Of a DNA stretch of 64,000 bases, positions 44,425 through 52,389 are shown piece by piece; position 1 is the first letter of the stretch, and each line of letters starts with the position of its first letter. This DNA is from Phycisphaerales bacterium (lineage in GTDB: Bacteria > Planctomycetota > Phycisphaerae > Phycisphaerales > UBA1924), in contig JABWBB010000008.1 of the NCBI GenBank assembly GCA_013360675.1, positions 54,792 to 118,791 of the forward strand, given 5' to 3'. The notes under the pieces were generated by a model. The model saw nothing but the letters and a program-made list of their open reading frames with translations, did no database searches and was not told the DNA's origin. The translations under genes and the position numbers were made by a program.

Positions 44425-46284
44425 ATGCTCATCCGCACGCATACCTGCGGCCAGTTGCGCGACACCAACGTCGGAGAGAACATCCGCCTCAACGGTTGGG
44501 TCAACTCGTACCGCGACCACGGCAACCTGATCTTCATCGATCTGCGCGACCGCTACGGCGTCACCCAGCTCGTCTTCGACCCTGACGACGGCACCGACGC
44601 CGCCCTCATGGCCGCCGCCGACAAACTGCGCAACGAGGACGTCGTCGCGTGCGAGGGTGTGGTACGCATCCGCATCGGCGGCGAGAACCCCAAACTCGCC
44701 TCGGGCAAGATCGAGATCGTCGTCAAGAAACTCGAGGTCCTCAACAAGACCGAGCCGCCCCCCTTCCTCCCCGAGGACATAGGGAATCTCCCCGCCGAGG
44801 AGTTCCGCTCGAAGTATCGCTACCTCGACCTGCGCCGCCCCACGATGCAGAAGATCCTGGGTCTCCGCCACAAGGCCTACCAGGCGACGCGCCGCTACTT
44901 CGACCAGAACGGCTTCCTCGAAGTCGAAACGCCGATTCTCTACAAGAGCACGCCCGAGGGCGCCCGCGAGTTCCTCGTCCCCAGCCGGCATCTCCCGGGC
45001 AACTTCTACGCCCTGCCGCAGAGCCCGCAGCTCTTCAAGCAGATCCTGATGGTCGCGGGCTGCGACCGCTACATGCAGATCTGCCGCTGTTTCCGCGATG
45101 AAGATCCGCGGGCCGACCGCCAAGCCGAGTTCACACAGATCGATCTTGAGATGTCCTTTGTCCGTCGCGATCAGGTCATGGCCATGATGGAGGGCTTCGT
45201 CCGCACCCTCTGGAAGGAGGTCATGGGCGTCGAGGTTCCGCCGCTGGCCCGCATGACCTACCGCGAGGCGATGGAACGCTTCGGGATCGACCGCCCCGAC
45301 ACCCGCTACGCCCTCGAGAGCCGCGACATTTCATCCCTCGCCGCCAAGTGCGACTTTGGCGTCTTCAAGGACGTCCTCGCCAAGGGTCAGGACCGCCCCC
45401 AGTTCAACAGCAAGCGGGGCGTCGTCAAGGCCATCCACGTCCCAGGCGGGGCCGACAAGCTCACGCGCAAGATGACCGACGGCTACACACCCTTCGTCAA
45501 GGGCTTTGGCGCGGGCGGGGTGGCCACCGTCAAGGTCAACGCTCAGGGCGCCTTTGAAACGGGCATCGCGAAGTTCCTCGAGCCCATCCGCGAGGATCTC
45601 ACCCGCGAACTTAACCTCAAGCCCGGCGACGCCGTGCTGTTCGTGGCCGATCTGTACGCCATCGCGACCAAGGCGATCGGTGAACTCCGGCAGGTCGTCG
45701 CCCGCGATCTTGGCCTCATCCCCAAGAGCGGCGCCGAGGGCGGCCCGTGGAACTTCCTCTGGGTCATCGATTTCCCCATGTTCGAGAAGGACAAGGAAAG
45801 CAACCGCTGGGTGGCGATGCACCACCCCTTCACCAGCCCGCGCGACGATCAACTCGAGGCCTTCCTCGCCGCCGATGTCAACGACGACGACACGATCGAG
45901 GGGATCGTCTCGGCGGGGTACGACATCGTGCTCAACGGGCAGGAGATCGCGGGGGGGTCGGTCCGAATCCACGACCAGGCCGTGCAGTCCAAGGTCTTCC
46001 GTCTGCTGGGCCTCACGCCCGAGCAGGCCAGGGAAAAGTTCAGCTTCCTGCTCGAGGCCCTGGCCTTTGGCGCGCCGCCCCACGCGGGCATCGCCTTTGG
46101 CTTCGATCGCCTCGTGATGAACTTCGTGGGCACGACCAACATCCGCGACGTGATCGCCTTCCCCAAGACCCAGACGGGCCAGGACCTCATGACCGGCGCA
46201 CCCGGCGTGGCCAACGAGGCCCAGCTCCGCGATGTCCACGTGAAGTCCATCCCGATCGAACCCAAGGCCGAACCCAAGGCCTGA
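44425..46284 (+). CDS. aspS: Aspartate--tRNA ligase
   Basis: Start MLIRTHTCGQLR at 44425; the track ORF is over-extended to 44206. Motifs GWVNSYRDHGNLIFIDLRDRYG, FYALPQSPQLFKQ, FRDEDPRADRQAEFTQID, GGSVRIH, PPHAGIAFGFDRL. Confidence 0.95.
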   Translation: MLIRTHTCGQLRDTNVGENIRLNGWVNSYRDHGNLIFIDLRDRYGVTQLVFDPDDGTDAALMAAADKLRNEDVVACEGVVRIRIGGENPKLASGKIEIVVKKLEVLNKTEPPPFLPEDIGNLPAEEFRSKYRYLDLRRPTMQKILGLRHKAYQATRRYFDQNGFLEVETPILYKSTPEGAREFLVPSRHLPGNFYALPQSPQLFKQILMVAGCDRYMQICRCFRDEDPRADRQAEFTQIDLEMSFVRRDQVMAMMEGFVRTLWKEVMGVEVPPLARMTYREAMERFGIDRPDTRYALESRDISSLAAKCDFGVFKDVLAKGQDRPQFNSKRGVVKAIHVPGGADKLTRKMTDGYTPFVKGFGAGGVATVKVNAQGAFETGIAKFLEPIREDLTRELNLKPGDAVLFVADLYAIATKAIGELRQVVARDLGLIPKSGAEGGPWNFLWVIDFPMFEKDKESNRWVAMHHPFTSPRDDQLEAFLAADVNDDDTIEGIVSAGYDIVLNGQEIAGGSVRIHDQAVQSKVFRLLGLTPEQAREKFSFLLEALAFGAPPHAGIAFGFDRLVMNFVGTTNIRDVIAFPKTQTGQDLMTGAPGVANEAQLRDVHVKSIPIEPKAEPKA

Positions 46285-46308
46285 CCCGCATCAGGGCCTG
46301 AATGAAAA

Positions 46309-46328
46309 GCCCCCGCGATGGCGGGGGT
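46309..46328. terminator. Hairpin between convergent aspS and xerC (possible bidirectional terminator)
   Basis: GCCCCCGC-GATG-GCGGGGGT. In minus sense it is followed by CUUUUCAUUC, in plus sense by UGAUCGUUUC. Confidence 0.5.
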
Positions 46329-46388
46329 TGATCGTTTCAAGGGCTGGGCGGTCCTCGCGCCGGTGTTACCCCGCGCGTGGCGAGTTCT

Positions 46389-47420
46389 TCAACTCGCCTG
46401 CGCCCGAGGGTGGGACTTGTCGTACGCCTGCTGCAGCCGCTGCGTGGTCAGGTGCGTGTAGACCTGCGTGGTGCTCAGGCTCTGGTGCCCGAGCAGTTCC
46501 TGCACGCTCCGCAGATCCGCCCCGTTGTCGAGCAGATGCGTCGCGAAGCTGTGCCGCAGCGTGTGCGGGCTGATCGTCGCGTCGAGGCCGGCGTACTTGA
46601 GGTACTTGTCCAGCTTGCGCCGCACGCTGCGGCTCGACAGCCGCCCGCCGTGCTTGTTGACGAACAGGGGCTTGGCCGGTGCGTTCTCGCGGGCCTGGGC
46701 CCCGAAACGCACGTCGGCCCGGAGCATCTCGAGATACCGCTGGATCGCCGCCAAGGCGTGCGAGCCCAGGGGAACGATCCGTTCCTTCTTGCCCTTCCCG
46801 CGGACATGCAGCGCCTCGCCGGGCAGGTCGAGGTCGGCGTTGTTGAGGCCGACCAGTTCGCTCACGCGGATCCCGGTGCTGTACAGCGTCTCGAGCATCG
46901 CGCGGTCGCGCCGCCCGAGCACGTCGCTGTCGCCGGGGGCGGAGAGCAGCCGCTCGATCTGCTCGATCGTGATGGCCTTGGGCAGGCGCTTCCCCTGGCG
47001 GGGCGTGCGGATCGAGGTCATCGGGTTCGTCGCCGAAACCCCGCGACGCTCGGCCCACTTGTAGAACGAACGCAGCGTCGCGATCTTGCGCGCCATGGTC
47101 GCCGCCGAATACGACTGCTCGCCCAGGTTCGCCAGGAACATGCGGATGGTGTCGCTCGTCGCCGTCGCGATGATCTCGGTCAGCGTGGTGCAGCGCGTGG
47201 GGTCGGTCTGTGGCGTCGGGCGACCGCTCCCGCGGGCCTGGTTGAGGCGGTCCAACGCGGCCTTCTCGGCATCAGGACGCACCTCGATCCCGAACTTCGT
47301 CGTCAGAAACTCGATGAACTGGCGCAGGTCCGCGCCGTAGCACCGGGCCGTGTACGGGCTGAAGTGCCGTTCGTCCGAGAGGTAGACGGTGAAGGCATCC
47401 GTGATGGGAAGGGTCGACAT
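46389..47420 (-). CDS. xerC: Tyrosine site-specific recombinase, XerC/XerD-like
   Basis: ATG 47420 (MSTLPITDAF...); the track start at 47429 is GTG. Contains YLSDERHFSPYTARCYGADLRQF. Catalytic region HTLRHSFATHLLDNGADLRSVQELLGHQSLSTTQVYTH. Confidence 0.85.
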   Translation of the reverse strand: MSTLPITDAFTVYLSDERHFSPYTARCYGADLRQFIEFLTTKFGIEVRPDAEKAALDRLNQARGSGRPTPQTDPTRCTTLTEIIATATSDTIRMFLANLGEQSYSAATMARKIATLRSFYKWAERRGVSATNPMTSIRTPRQGKRLPKAITIEQIERLLSAPGDSDVLGRRDRAMLETLYSTGIRVSELVGLNNADLDLPGEALHVRGKGKKERIVPLGSHALAAIQRYLEMLRADVRFGAQARENAPAKPLFVNKHGGRLSSRSVRRKLDKYLKYAGLDATISPHTLRHSFATHLLDNGADLRSVQELLGHQSLSTTQVYTHLTTQRLQQAYDKSHPRAQAS

Positions 47421-47535
47421 GGGCGGCACTCCTCAAAGTCTTCTCCGACGCTTCCGTGCGCCGGTCTTGGGCGATAACACGTGTTTCGTCGGCTGACTCG
47501 GACGTTGGCTTGATCGCCCGAGCCTGACATCATCG

Positions 47536-47563
47536 AAAAAACGGGTGCGGGAACTCCCCACCC
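47536..47563 (-). terminator. Rho-independent terminator after the lipoprotein/TolB-like operon
   Basis: In minus sense, GGGUGGGGAGUUCCCGCACCC followed by GUUUUUUCG, immediately after the stop at 47567. Confidence 0.7.
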
Positions 47564-47566
47564 TGG

Positions 47567-48352
47567 TTATTTGTCCTCGACACGGGCCTGGACCCGACCC
47601 AGGCGGATCCACTCACGCTGCATCAGCTCGTCCATCATCCGGTACGCGGCAAACTCGCAGAAGAGAGGCATGCTGGCGATATATCGCTCCCAGCGCAGGG
47701 CGGACTGCTCCCGGGCCCGCCCGCGGGCAAAGGTCTTCACATCCTGCAGCACCTGGTGGTTCTTCCCGTCGAGGTTCCCCGACACCACCACGCCGGGTGT
47801 CTGCGAGAAGCGGGTCCCGCTCGGGCCGCGATCCGTGGTCGCGCTTGTCAGCGACCGGGGATCAACCTCGCCGCGCCCGCCCGCGGGCTGCAGCGAGCCC
47901 GGGCGGGCGTACAGCCCCAGCGTCATCCCCAGCACCGGCGTGTAGGGGTCATAGTTCGTGATCGAGCCCACGATGATCGCGTCCACGCCCATCGCTTGCG
48001 TCAGGCGCATCGCGTCTTCAGGGCTGGTCACGCGGGTCATGTTCAAGGCCCGCATCGCCTGAAGGGTCCGGTTGAGCGGCACGGTGCGCACGCCCTGGAC
48101 TTCCTCCGCCGCCGCCACCAGCCGATCGGTCACCATGCCCACATCCACCTCGGTGGTGCCTGATTCGTTGTTGAGGGGGGCGAAGGCAAAGAGCACCTCG
48201 CCCTGCAGCGTGTCGTAGGGGGCCACGAGCGATCGCGGCGAGGCCAGTTGCTCATCACGCGGCGCTCCCGCGCACGCGATCAGCATGCCCACGCCCACGC
48301 ACGCCATGATCCGACACAGAATCGAGCGAGTCCGTTTCCCGAAGTTCGACAT
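47567..48352 (-). CDS. Putative lipoprotein (TolB-associated; function unknown)
   Basis: ATG 48352. MSNFGKRTRSILCRIMACVGVGMLIACAG lipobox-like. The track ORF is over-extended to 48490. Confidence 0.75.
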   Translation of the reverse strand: MSNFGKRTRSILCRIMACVGVGMLIACAGAPRDEQLASPRSLVAPYDTLQGEVLFAFAPLNNESGTTEVDVGMVTDRLVAAAEEVQGVRTVPLNRTLQAMRALNMTRVTSPEDAMRLTQAMGVDAIIVGSITNYDPYTPVLGMTLGLYARPGSLQPAGGRGEVDPRSLTSATTDRGPSGTRFSQTPGVVVSGNLDGKNHQVLQDVKTFARGRAREQSALRWERYIASMPLFCEFAAYRMMDELMQREWIRLGRVQARVEDK

Positions 48353-48380
48353 GGGCCTCCTGCCTCCGTCGTAAAAAGAA

Positions 48381-49553
48381 TCAGTTCCCGTTCCCGGCCT
48401 CGGCCATGGGCGCCGTCGCACCGCCCGTCGAACCCGCCGCCAACAGCGCGGGGCCCAGATCGAGCGACCAGATGTTCTGCGAGCCGCCACGATCAGACAC
48501 GAAGTAGAGGCGGTTGTTGGTCGCCCAGGCGGGGCTGATCGACGCCCCCGTGCCCGATGTCAGCCGCACCTTGCCCGTGCCGTCGATGTTGATGATCCAC
48601 AGCGAGGCCTCACGCGGGAGTTCGCCGTTGCGGGGCGAGTTGGCCGCCCCGACAGGCACTTCGGAAAAAGAAATCCAGTTCCCGTCCGGGCTCCACGCCG
48701 GGTTGATCAGCGCCATGCCCGGCTCGCTGGCGATCTCGGTTGCGTTGCTCGCCTGGCCGTTGGCGTAATCCACCGTCCAGATCGAGAATGAACGCGAACC
48801 ACGTTCGCGTCCCAACTGGAAAAGGATCGTGTCCTTGCCCTCGGCCCCGGTGCCCGCCGTCGGACACCACTGCGGGAAGAGCCCATAGCCGATGAAGTGC
48901 GAGACCCCCGGGTTCGCCGCGTCGCTGACCCACATCTCCCAGCGGCCGCTCATGGCGCTGAGCTTGGAATACACCAGGTTCTTCCCGTCAGGCGACCACG
49001 AGGGGTGCAGTTCGTCGGCCCCGTCCGAAGTGACCTGCATCGCCTTGCCGCCCGTGATGGGCATCACGTAGATATCCCAGTTCCCGCCCCGATTGCTCGC
49101 GAAGGCGATCCGCGTGCCATCCGGGCTCAGGCTGGGCATCGCGTCGTCCGAGGGGTCGTTGGTCAACTGCGTCACCACGCGGCTGTCCGACCGCTTGATA
49201 TAGATGTCAGACGTGGGCCGGTGCTGTGTGCTCGAATACACCAGCCACTGCCCGTCGCGAGAGACGCACGGATCAAAGTCCGCACCCTCACTCGCGAATG
49301 TCGCACGCGTCACGTTGGGCGTCGAGGGGGCCGGCGTCATCGCGACGACGACAGGCTCCGCGGGATTCGTGACAGGTTCCGCGGCCAGGGGCTGCACCGG
49401 AACAACGTCCTTGGAGGCTGTCACAGGAGCCGGAGCCTTGTTGGGCTGGGCCGATGGCTCGTGGTTGAATGTGAACGGGCTCGACGCGCATCCTGCCAGC
49501 GATGCGATCGTAAAGCCAAGGAACGCCATGCCACACTTGTTCGTGATCTTCAT
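48381..49553 (-). CDS. TolB-like periplasmic beta-propeller protein (PD40 repeats), lipoprotein
   Basis: ATG 49553. Signal MKITNKCGMAFLGFTIASLAGC. Repeated SPDG...F.S.R.G..DIY units (SLSPDGTRIAFASNRGGNWDIYVM, WSPDGKNLVYS, WSPDGNWISFSE). Confidence 0.85.
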   Translation of the reverse strand: MKITNKCGMAFLGFTIASLAGCASSPFTFNHEPSAQPNKAPAPVTASKDVVPVQPLAAEPVTNPAEPVVVAMTPAPSTPNVTRATFASEGADFDPCVSRDGQWLVYSSTQHRPTSDIYIKRSDSRVVTQLTNDPSDDAMPSLSPDGTRIAFASNRGGNWDIYVMPITGGKAMQVTSDGADELHPSWSPDGKNLVYSKLSAMSGRWEMWVSDAANPGVSHFIGYGLFPQWCPTAGTGAEGKDTILFQLGRERGSRSFSIWTVDYANGQASNATEIASEPGMALINPAWSPDGNWISFSEVPVGAANSPRNGELPREASLWIINIDGTGKVRLTSGTGASISPAWATNNRLYFVSDRGGSQNIWSLDLGPALLAAGSTGGATAPMAEAGNGN

Positions 49554-49746
49554 AAAACACCAACCTCCACGATCGGCGGGCACTTCCCGCAATCCCCGCG
49601 CACCAGCATGGCGGCGCATCCGTTTATCGGACTGCAAGGTGCCCGGGCTTCAAGCCCGGAGCCCCGATCTTCGTGAGCATCGGCCCGCCGCCCGCCCCGC
49701 ATGAGTCCAATAAGGCATTCCACTCCCCGCGTTCGCCGAGTCCCAC

Positions 49747-49790
49747 CAAAAACACAACAGGGCGAACCCCCTCCCTGGTGGGGTCCGCCC
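49747..49790 (-). terminator. Rho-independent terminator after the small ORF 49817..50098
   Basis: In minus sense, GGGCGGACCCC-ACCAGGGAG-GGGGUUCGCCC (11 pairs, one G-U) followed by UGUUGUGUUUUUGG. Confidence 0.75.
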
Positions 49791-49816
49791 CGCTGAAGAC
49801 ATCCTTTTTGGCACAA

Positions 49817-50098
49817 TCAGGCCAGCGATTCGCACGACACAATCGCCCGCGTCAGCCCGCGGCGCACCCAGGTCGAGCCCCGCCCACGAGGGCTGAACCC
49901 GATCGACAGGTGCTCGAGATACTCGCTCAGGTGGACATCATCGAACCGCATCAAGAACGACGGCGTCGCGCTCGGGTTGAGTTCGAGAATCTGCAGCATG
50001 ATCTGCGATCGCGTCAGCGTGTTGACACCCGGCCCGTCGTCCTCACGGCATGCGATCGCGGAATGAACACCAGTCTGCTCAAGGCATTCTGCAACCAT
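49817..50098 (-). CDS. Hypothetical small protein (93 aa), apparently monocistronic
   Basis: ATG 50098 with GGAGG 7 nt upstream and a strong terminator 27 nt after the stop. No recognisable family. Confidence 0.6.
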   Translation of the reverse strand: MVAECLEQTGVHSAIACREDDGPGVNTLTRSQIMLQILELNPSATPSFLMRFDDVHLSEYLEHLSIGFSPRGRGSTWVRRGLTRAIVSCESLA

Positions 50099-50251
50099 CG
50101 GCGGCCTCCGTGTCGGGGTCTGCGGGGATCTCCAATCCCCATCTGACCAATCCGGGCTCCGCCGGGATGCGTGAGGAGTCTCGATCGGCTGGGGATGGGG
50201 GTCCGGCTTTTATTTTGGGACGTCCCGTGCGCACATCCCCCATGCAGAGCC

Positions 50252-50881
50252 ATGAAGGGGGTACCCTCCGGCGTGCTCACGCTCTACCGCATCAATACCT
50301 CCAACGGCTCATGGACCCCCTGCGGTAGGATTGTGGACGGGGTTGATCCTTCCCTCGCCTCGATCACCCTCGACGAGCAGAGTTCCACCGCGATCCGGGG
50401 CATCTCGGGCACCGAGAATGAACCTGTTTGGCTGCCCGCGCCGCGTGCGGCGTTCGCCCGCGCCTGCGATGCGTTGGCTCACGAAGCCGTTGCCTGGATC
50501 TGGCCCACCCAGCAGAGCCCAATCTCCGATGTTCCATCGCTGCGGTCATTCCTCGACGCCCGACCGAATTGGCGGTTTCTGCTCGACCCCGTCGCCATGC
50601 TCACCCCCGAGATGCTCCCCCGGGCAGACGACTACCTCATGCGCATCTTCATGGCCATGGGCGGGCGGCGGGAACTCGGTGCGGTCCTGATCTGCGACGC
50701 CCGCGTGGACGACGGGCAACTGGTCCGCGTGCCCCTGGGCGAGGGGTGTCTCCCAATTGACGCCATGGTCGCGGCGTGGCGTGCCAGCGGCGCAGGCCAT
50801 GCCCCCGTGGGCGTGCTCACACCCGCGGATGCTCAGCGCCTCGCCCGCGCGGGCCACGTCCCGGAGCGGTCTACGCTATAA
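50252..50881 (+). CDS. Hypothetical protein
   Basis: In-frame ATG 50252; alternatives are ATG 50195 and GTG 50171. No recognisable motif. Ends 35 nt before nuoC. Confidence 0.5.
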   Translation: MKGVPSGVLTLYRINTSNGSWTPCGRIVDGVDPSLASITLDEQSSTAIRGISGTENEPVWLPAPRAAFARACDALAHEAVAWIWPTQQSPISDVPSLRSFLDARPNWRFLLDPVAMLTPEMLPRADDYLMRIFMAMGGRRELGAVLICDARVDDGQLVRVPLGEGCLPIDAMVAAWRASGAGHAPVGVLTPADAQRLARAGHVPERSTL

Positions 50882-50915
50882 AGGTCCGGCGGCTGGCCGG
50901 GTGCAGGAGGCAGGC

Positions 50916-51482
50916 ATGAGCGACAACGCAACGGGCCCCAGGCTGGATCACCCCACCTTCGCCGCGGCCAAGGCACAGTTCCCCGGCAAGCCCCTTCGCG
51001 GTACCGAATACCGCGGGCAATCCACCCTGATCGTCGAGGCCAAGGACCTGCACGAAGTCCTGGCCTTCCTCAAGTCCAACGACGCGACGGGGTACAACTT
51101 CCTTTCCGACATCACCTGCGTCGATTACCTCGGCTACCCCACGCCGATGCCCGGGCGATTCGGCGTCATCTACAACCTGATCTCGCTCGACCGCAACGAC
51201 CGCTTCTTCGTCAAGGCCTTCCTCGACCCCAGCCTGCCCACCGACGGCATCGTCAACGACCCCGCCCTCGTGGTCGACAGCGTGACCGACCTGTGGCCCG
51301 GCGCCGAGTGGATGGAGCGCGAGATCTTCGACATGTTCGGCGTGCGCTTCATGAACCACCCGGACCTGCGGCGCATCCTGCTGTGGGAGGAATATCCCGG
51401 GCACCCGCTGCGCAAGGACTACCCGGTGCGCGGACGGGGTGAGCGCGAGCAGTACCGCGTCGTCGATCGCACGTCGTCCTGA
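50916..51482 (+). CDS. nuoC: NADH-quinone oxidoreductase subunit C
   Basis: ATG 50916 with GGAGG upstream. Motifs YNFLSDITCVDY and LWPGAEWMEREIFDMFGVRFMNHPDLRRILL. Confidence 0.85.
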   Translation: MSDNATGPRLDHPTFAAAKAQFPGKPLRGTEYRGQSTLIVEAKDLHEVLAFLKSNDATGYNFLSDITCVDYLGYPTPMPGRFGVIYNLISLDRNDRFFVKAFLDPSLPTDGIVNDPALVVDSVTDLWPGAEWMEREIFDMFGVRFMNHPDLRRILLWEEYPGHPLRKDYPVRGRGEREQYRVVDRTSS

Positions 51483-51510
51483 GTTACGCCCGGTAGGGAG
51501 GGCTGACCTC

Positions 51511-52368
51511 ATGCGAATGCTGCATGTCATGACCGTGGTTTGTCTGGGCGCGTGCCTGCTCGGGTGCGAGCGTTCGCCCTACAGCCAGGCTTCGCCGGAC
51601 GAAACGATCCAGACCGCCCGCCTGATGGTCGAGCGGGGTGAGGCATCGCGTCTGCCCGACCTGATCTGGGCCGCCAACGAGGATGAGCGTCGCCTTTTCA
51701 CGCACCTGGGGCGGATGCTCGGCAGCCTGCAGAAACTCGGCGTGGCGATCCAGGCGAAGTTCCCGCAGGAAGTGGGCGAACTCAAGGCCCGCGCCGAAGA
51801 AGCGGCGAACAAGGGCCAGTCCACCTCGCTCCTTTCGCAGATGACCCAGTCGATGGGCCCCCAGCGCGGCAACCGCCGGCGTCAGGGCCCGCCCAGCGAC
51901 GCCGAGCGCAGCGCCTTCGACGACACTCTCTCGAACCTCTTCGCCGACCCGTACGGTTTTCTCGAGCGATCCAGCGAGCGACTCTCGACGGTCTACATCA
52001 CCGACAACACCGCCGCCGTGATGTGGGACAAGAAACCCGTTCTGCCACCGCTGGGCCTGGCCATGAAGCAGGAAACCAACGGGGACTGGTACATCGTGAT
52101 CCCCACGGCGTTGCCCGGGATCAGTTCGGCCTGGCCCCGCTCGAAAGAGGAATACCAGGTGTGGGGGAGCCTCATCACCACGCTCGACAAGACCATCATC
52201 GACCTGACGGCGGACGTTGAGCTGGGCCGCGTCACTACGCTCGATGAAGTCTCAAAGCGTGCGGGCGAAAAGGCATTCATCCCCGCGGCGATGGTCTTCT
52301 ACGCCTTCGGGCAACTGCGCGACGCGCAGAAGAAGGAAGCCGCGCAAAGCGTAACGGCACCGAAATAA
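51511..52368 (+). CDS. Hypothetical lipoprotein
   Basis: ATG 51511 with GGGAGG upstream. Signal MRMLHVMTVVCLGACLLGC. Confidence 0.7.
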   Translation: MRMLHVMTVVCLGACLLGCERSPYSQASPDETIQTARLMVERGEASRLPDLIWAANEDERRLFTHLGRMLGSLQKLGVAIQAKFPQEVGELKARAEEAANKGQSTSLLSQMTQSMGPQRGNRRRQGPPSDAERSAFDDTLSNLFADPYGFLERSSERLSTVYITDNTAAVMWDKKPVLPPLGLAMKQETNGDWYIVIPTALPGISSAWPRSKEEYQVWGSLITTLDKTIIDLTADVELGRVTTLDEVSKRAGEKAFIPAAMVFYAFGQLRDAQKKEAAQSVTAPK

Positions 52369-52389
52369 ACGGAACCAGAGCGGGCCGGC

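Noticed and set aside
46389-47420. Tyrosine recombinase as the marker of an integrated mobile element or prophage
   Set aside because: The N-terminal and catalytic regions look like housekeeping XerC/XerD. The flanks are aspS and a TolB-type operon, with terminators on both sides. No phage or IS genes, no tRNA target and no direct repeats were seen.
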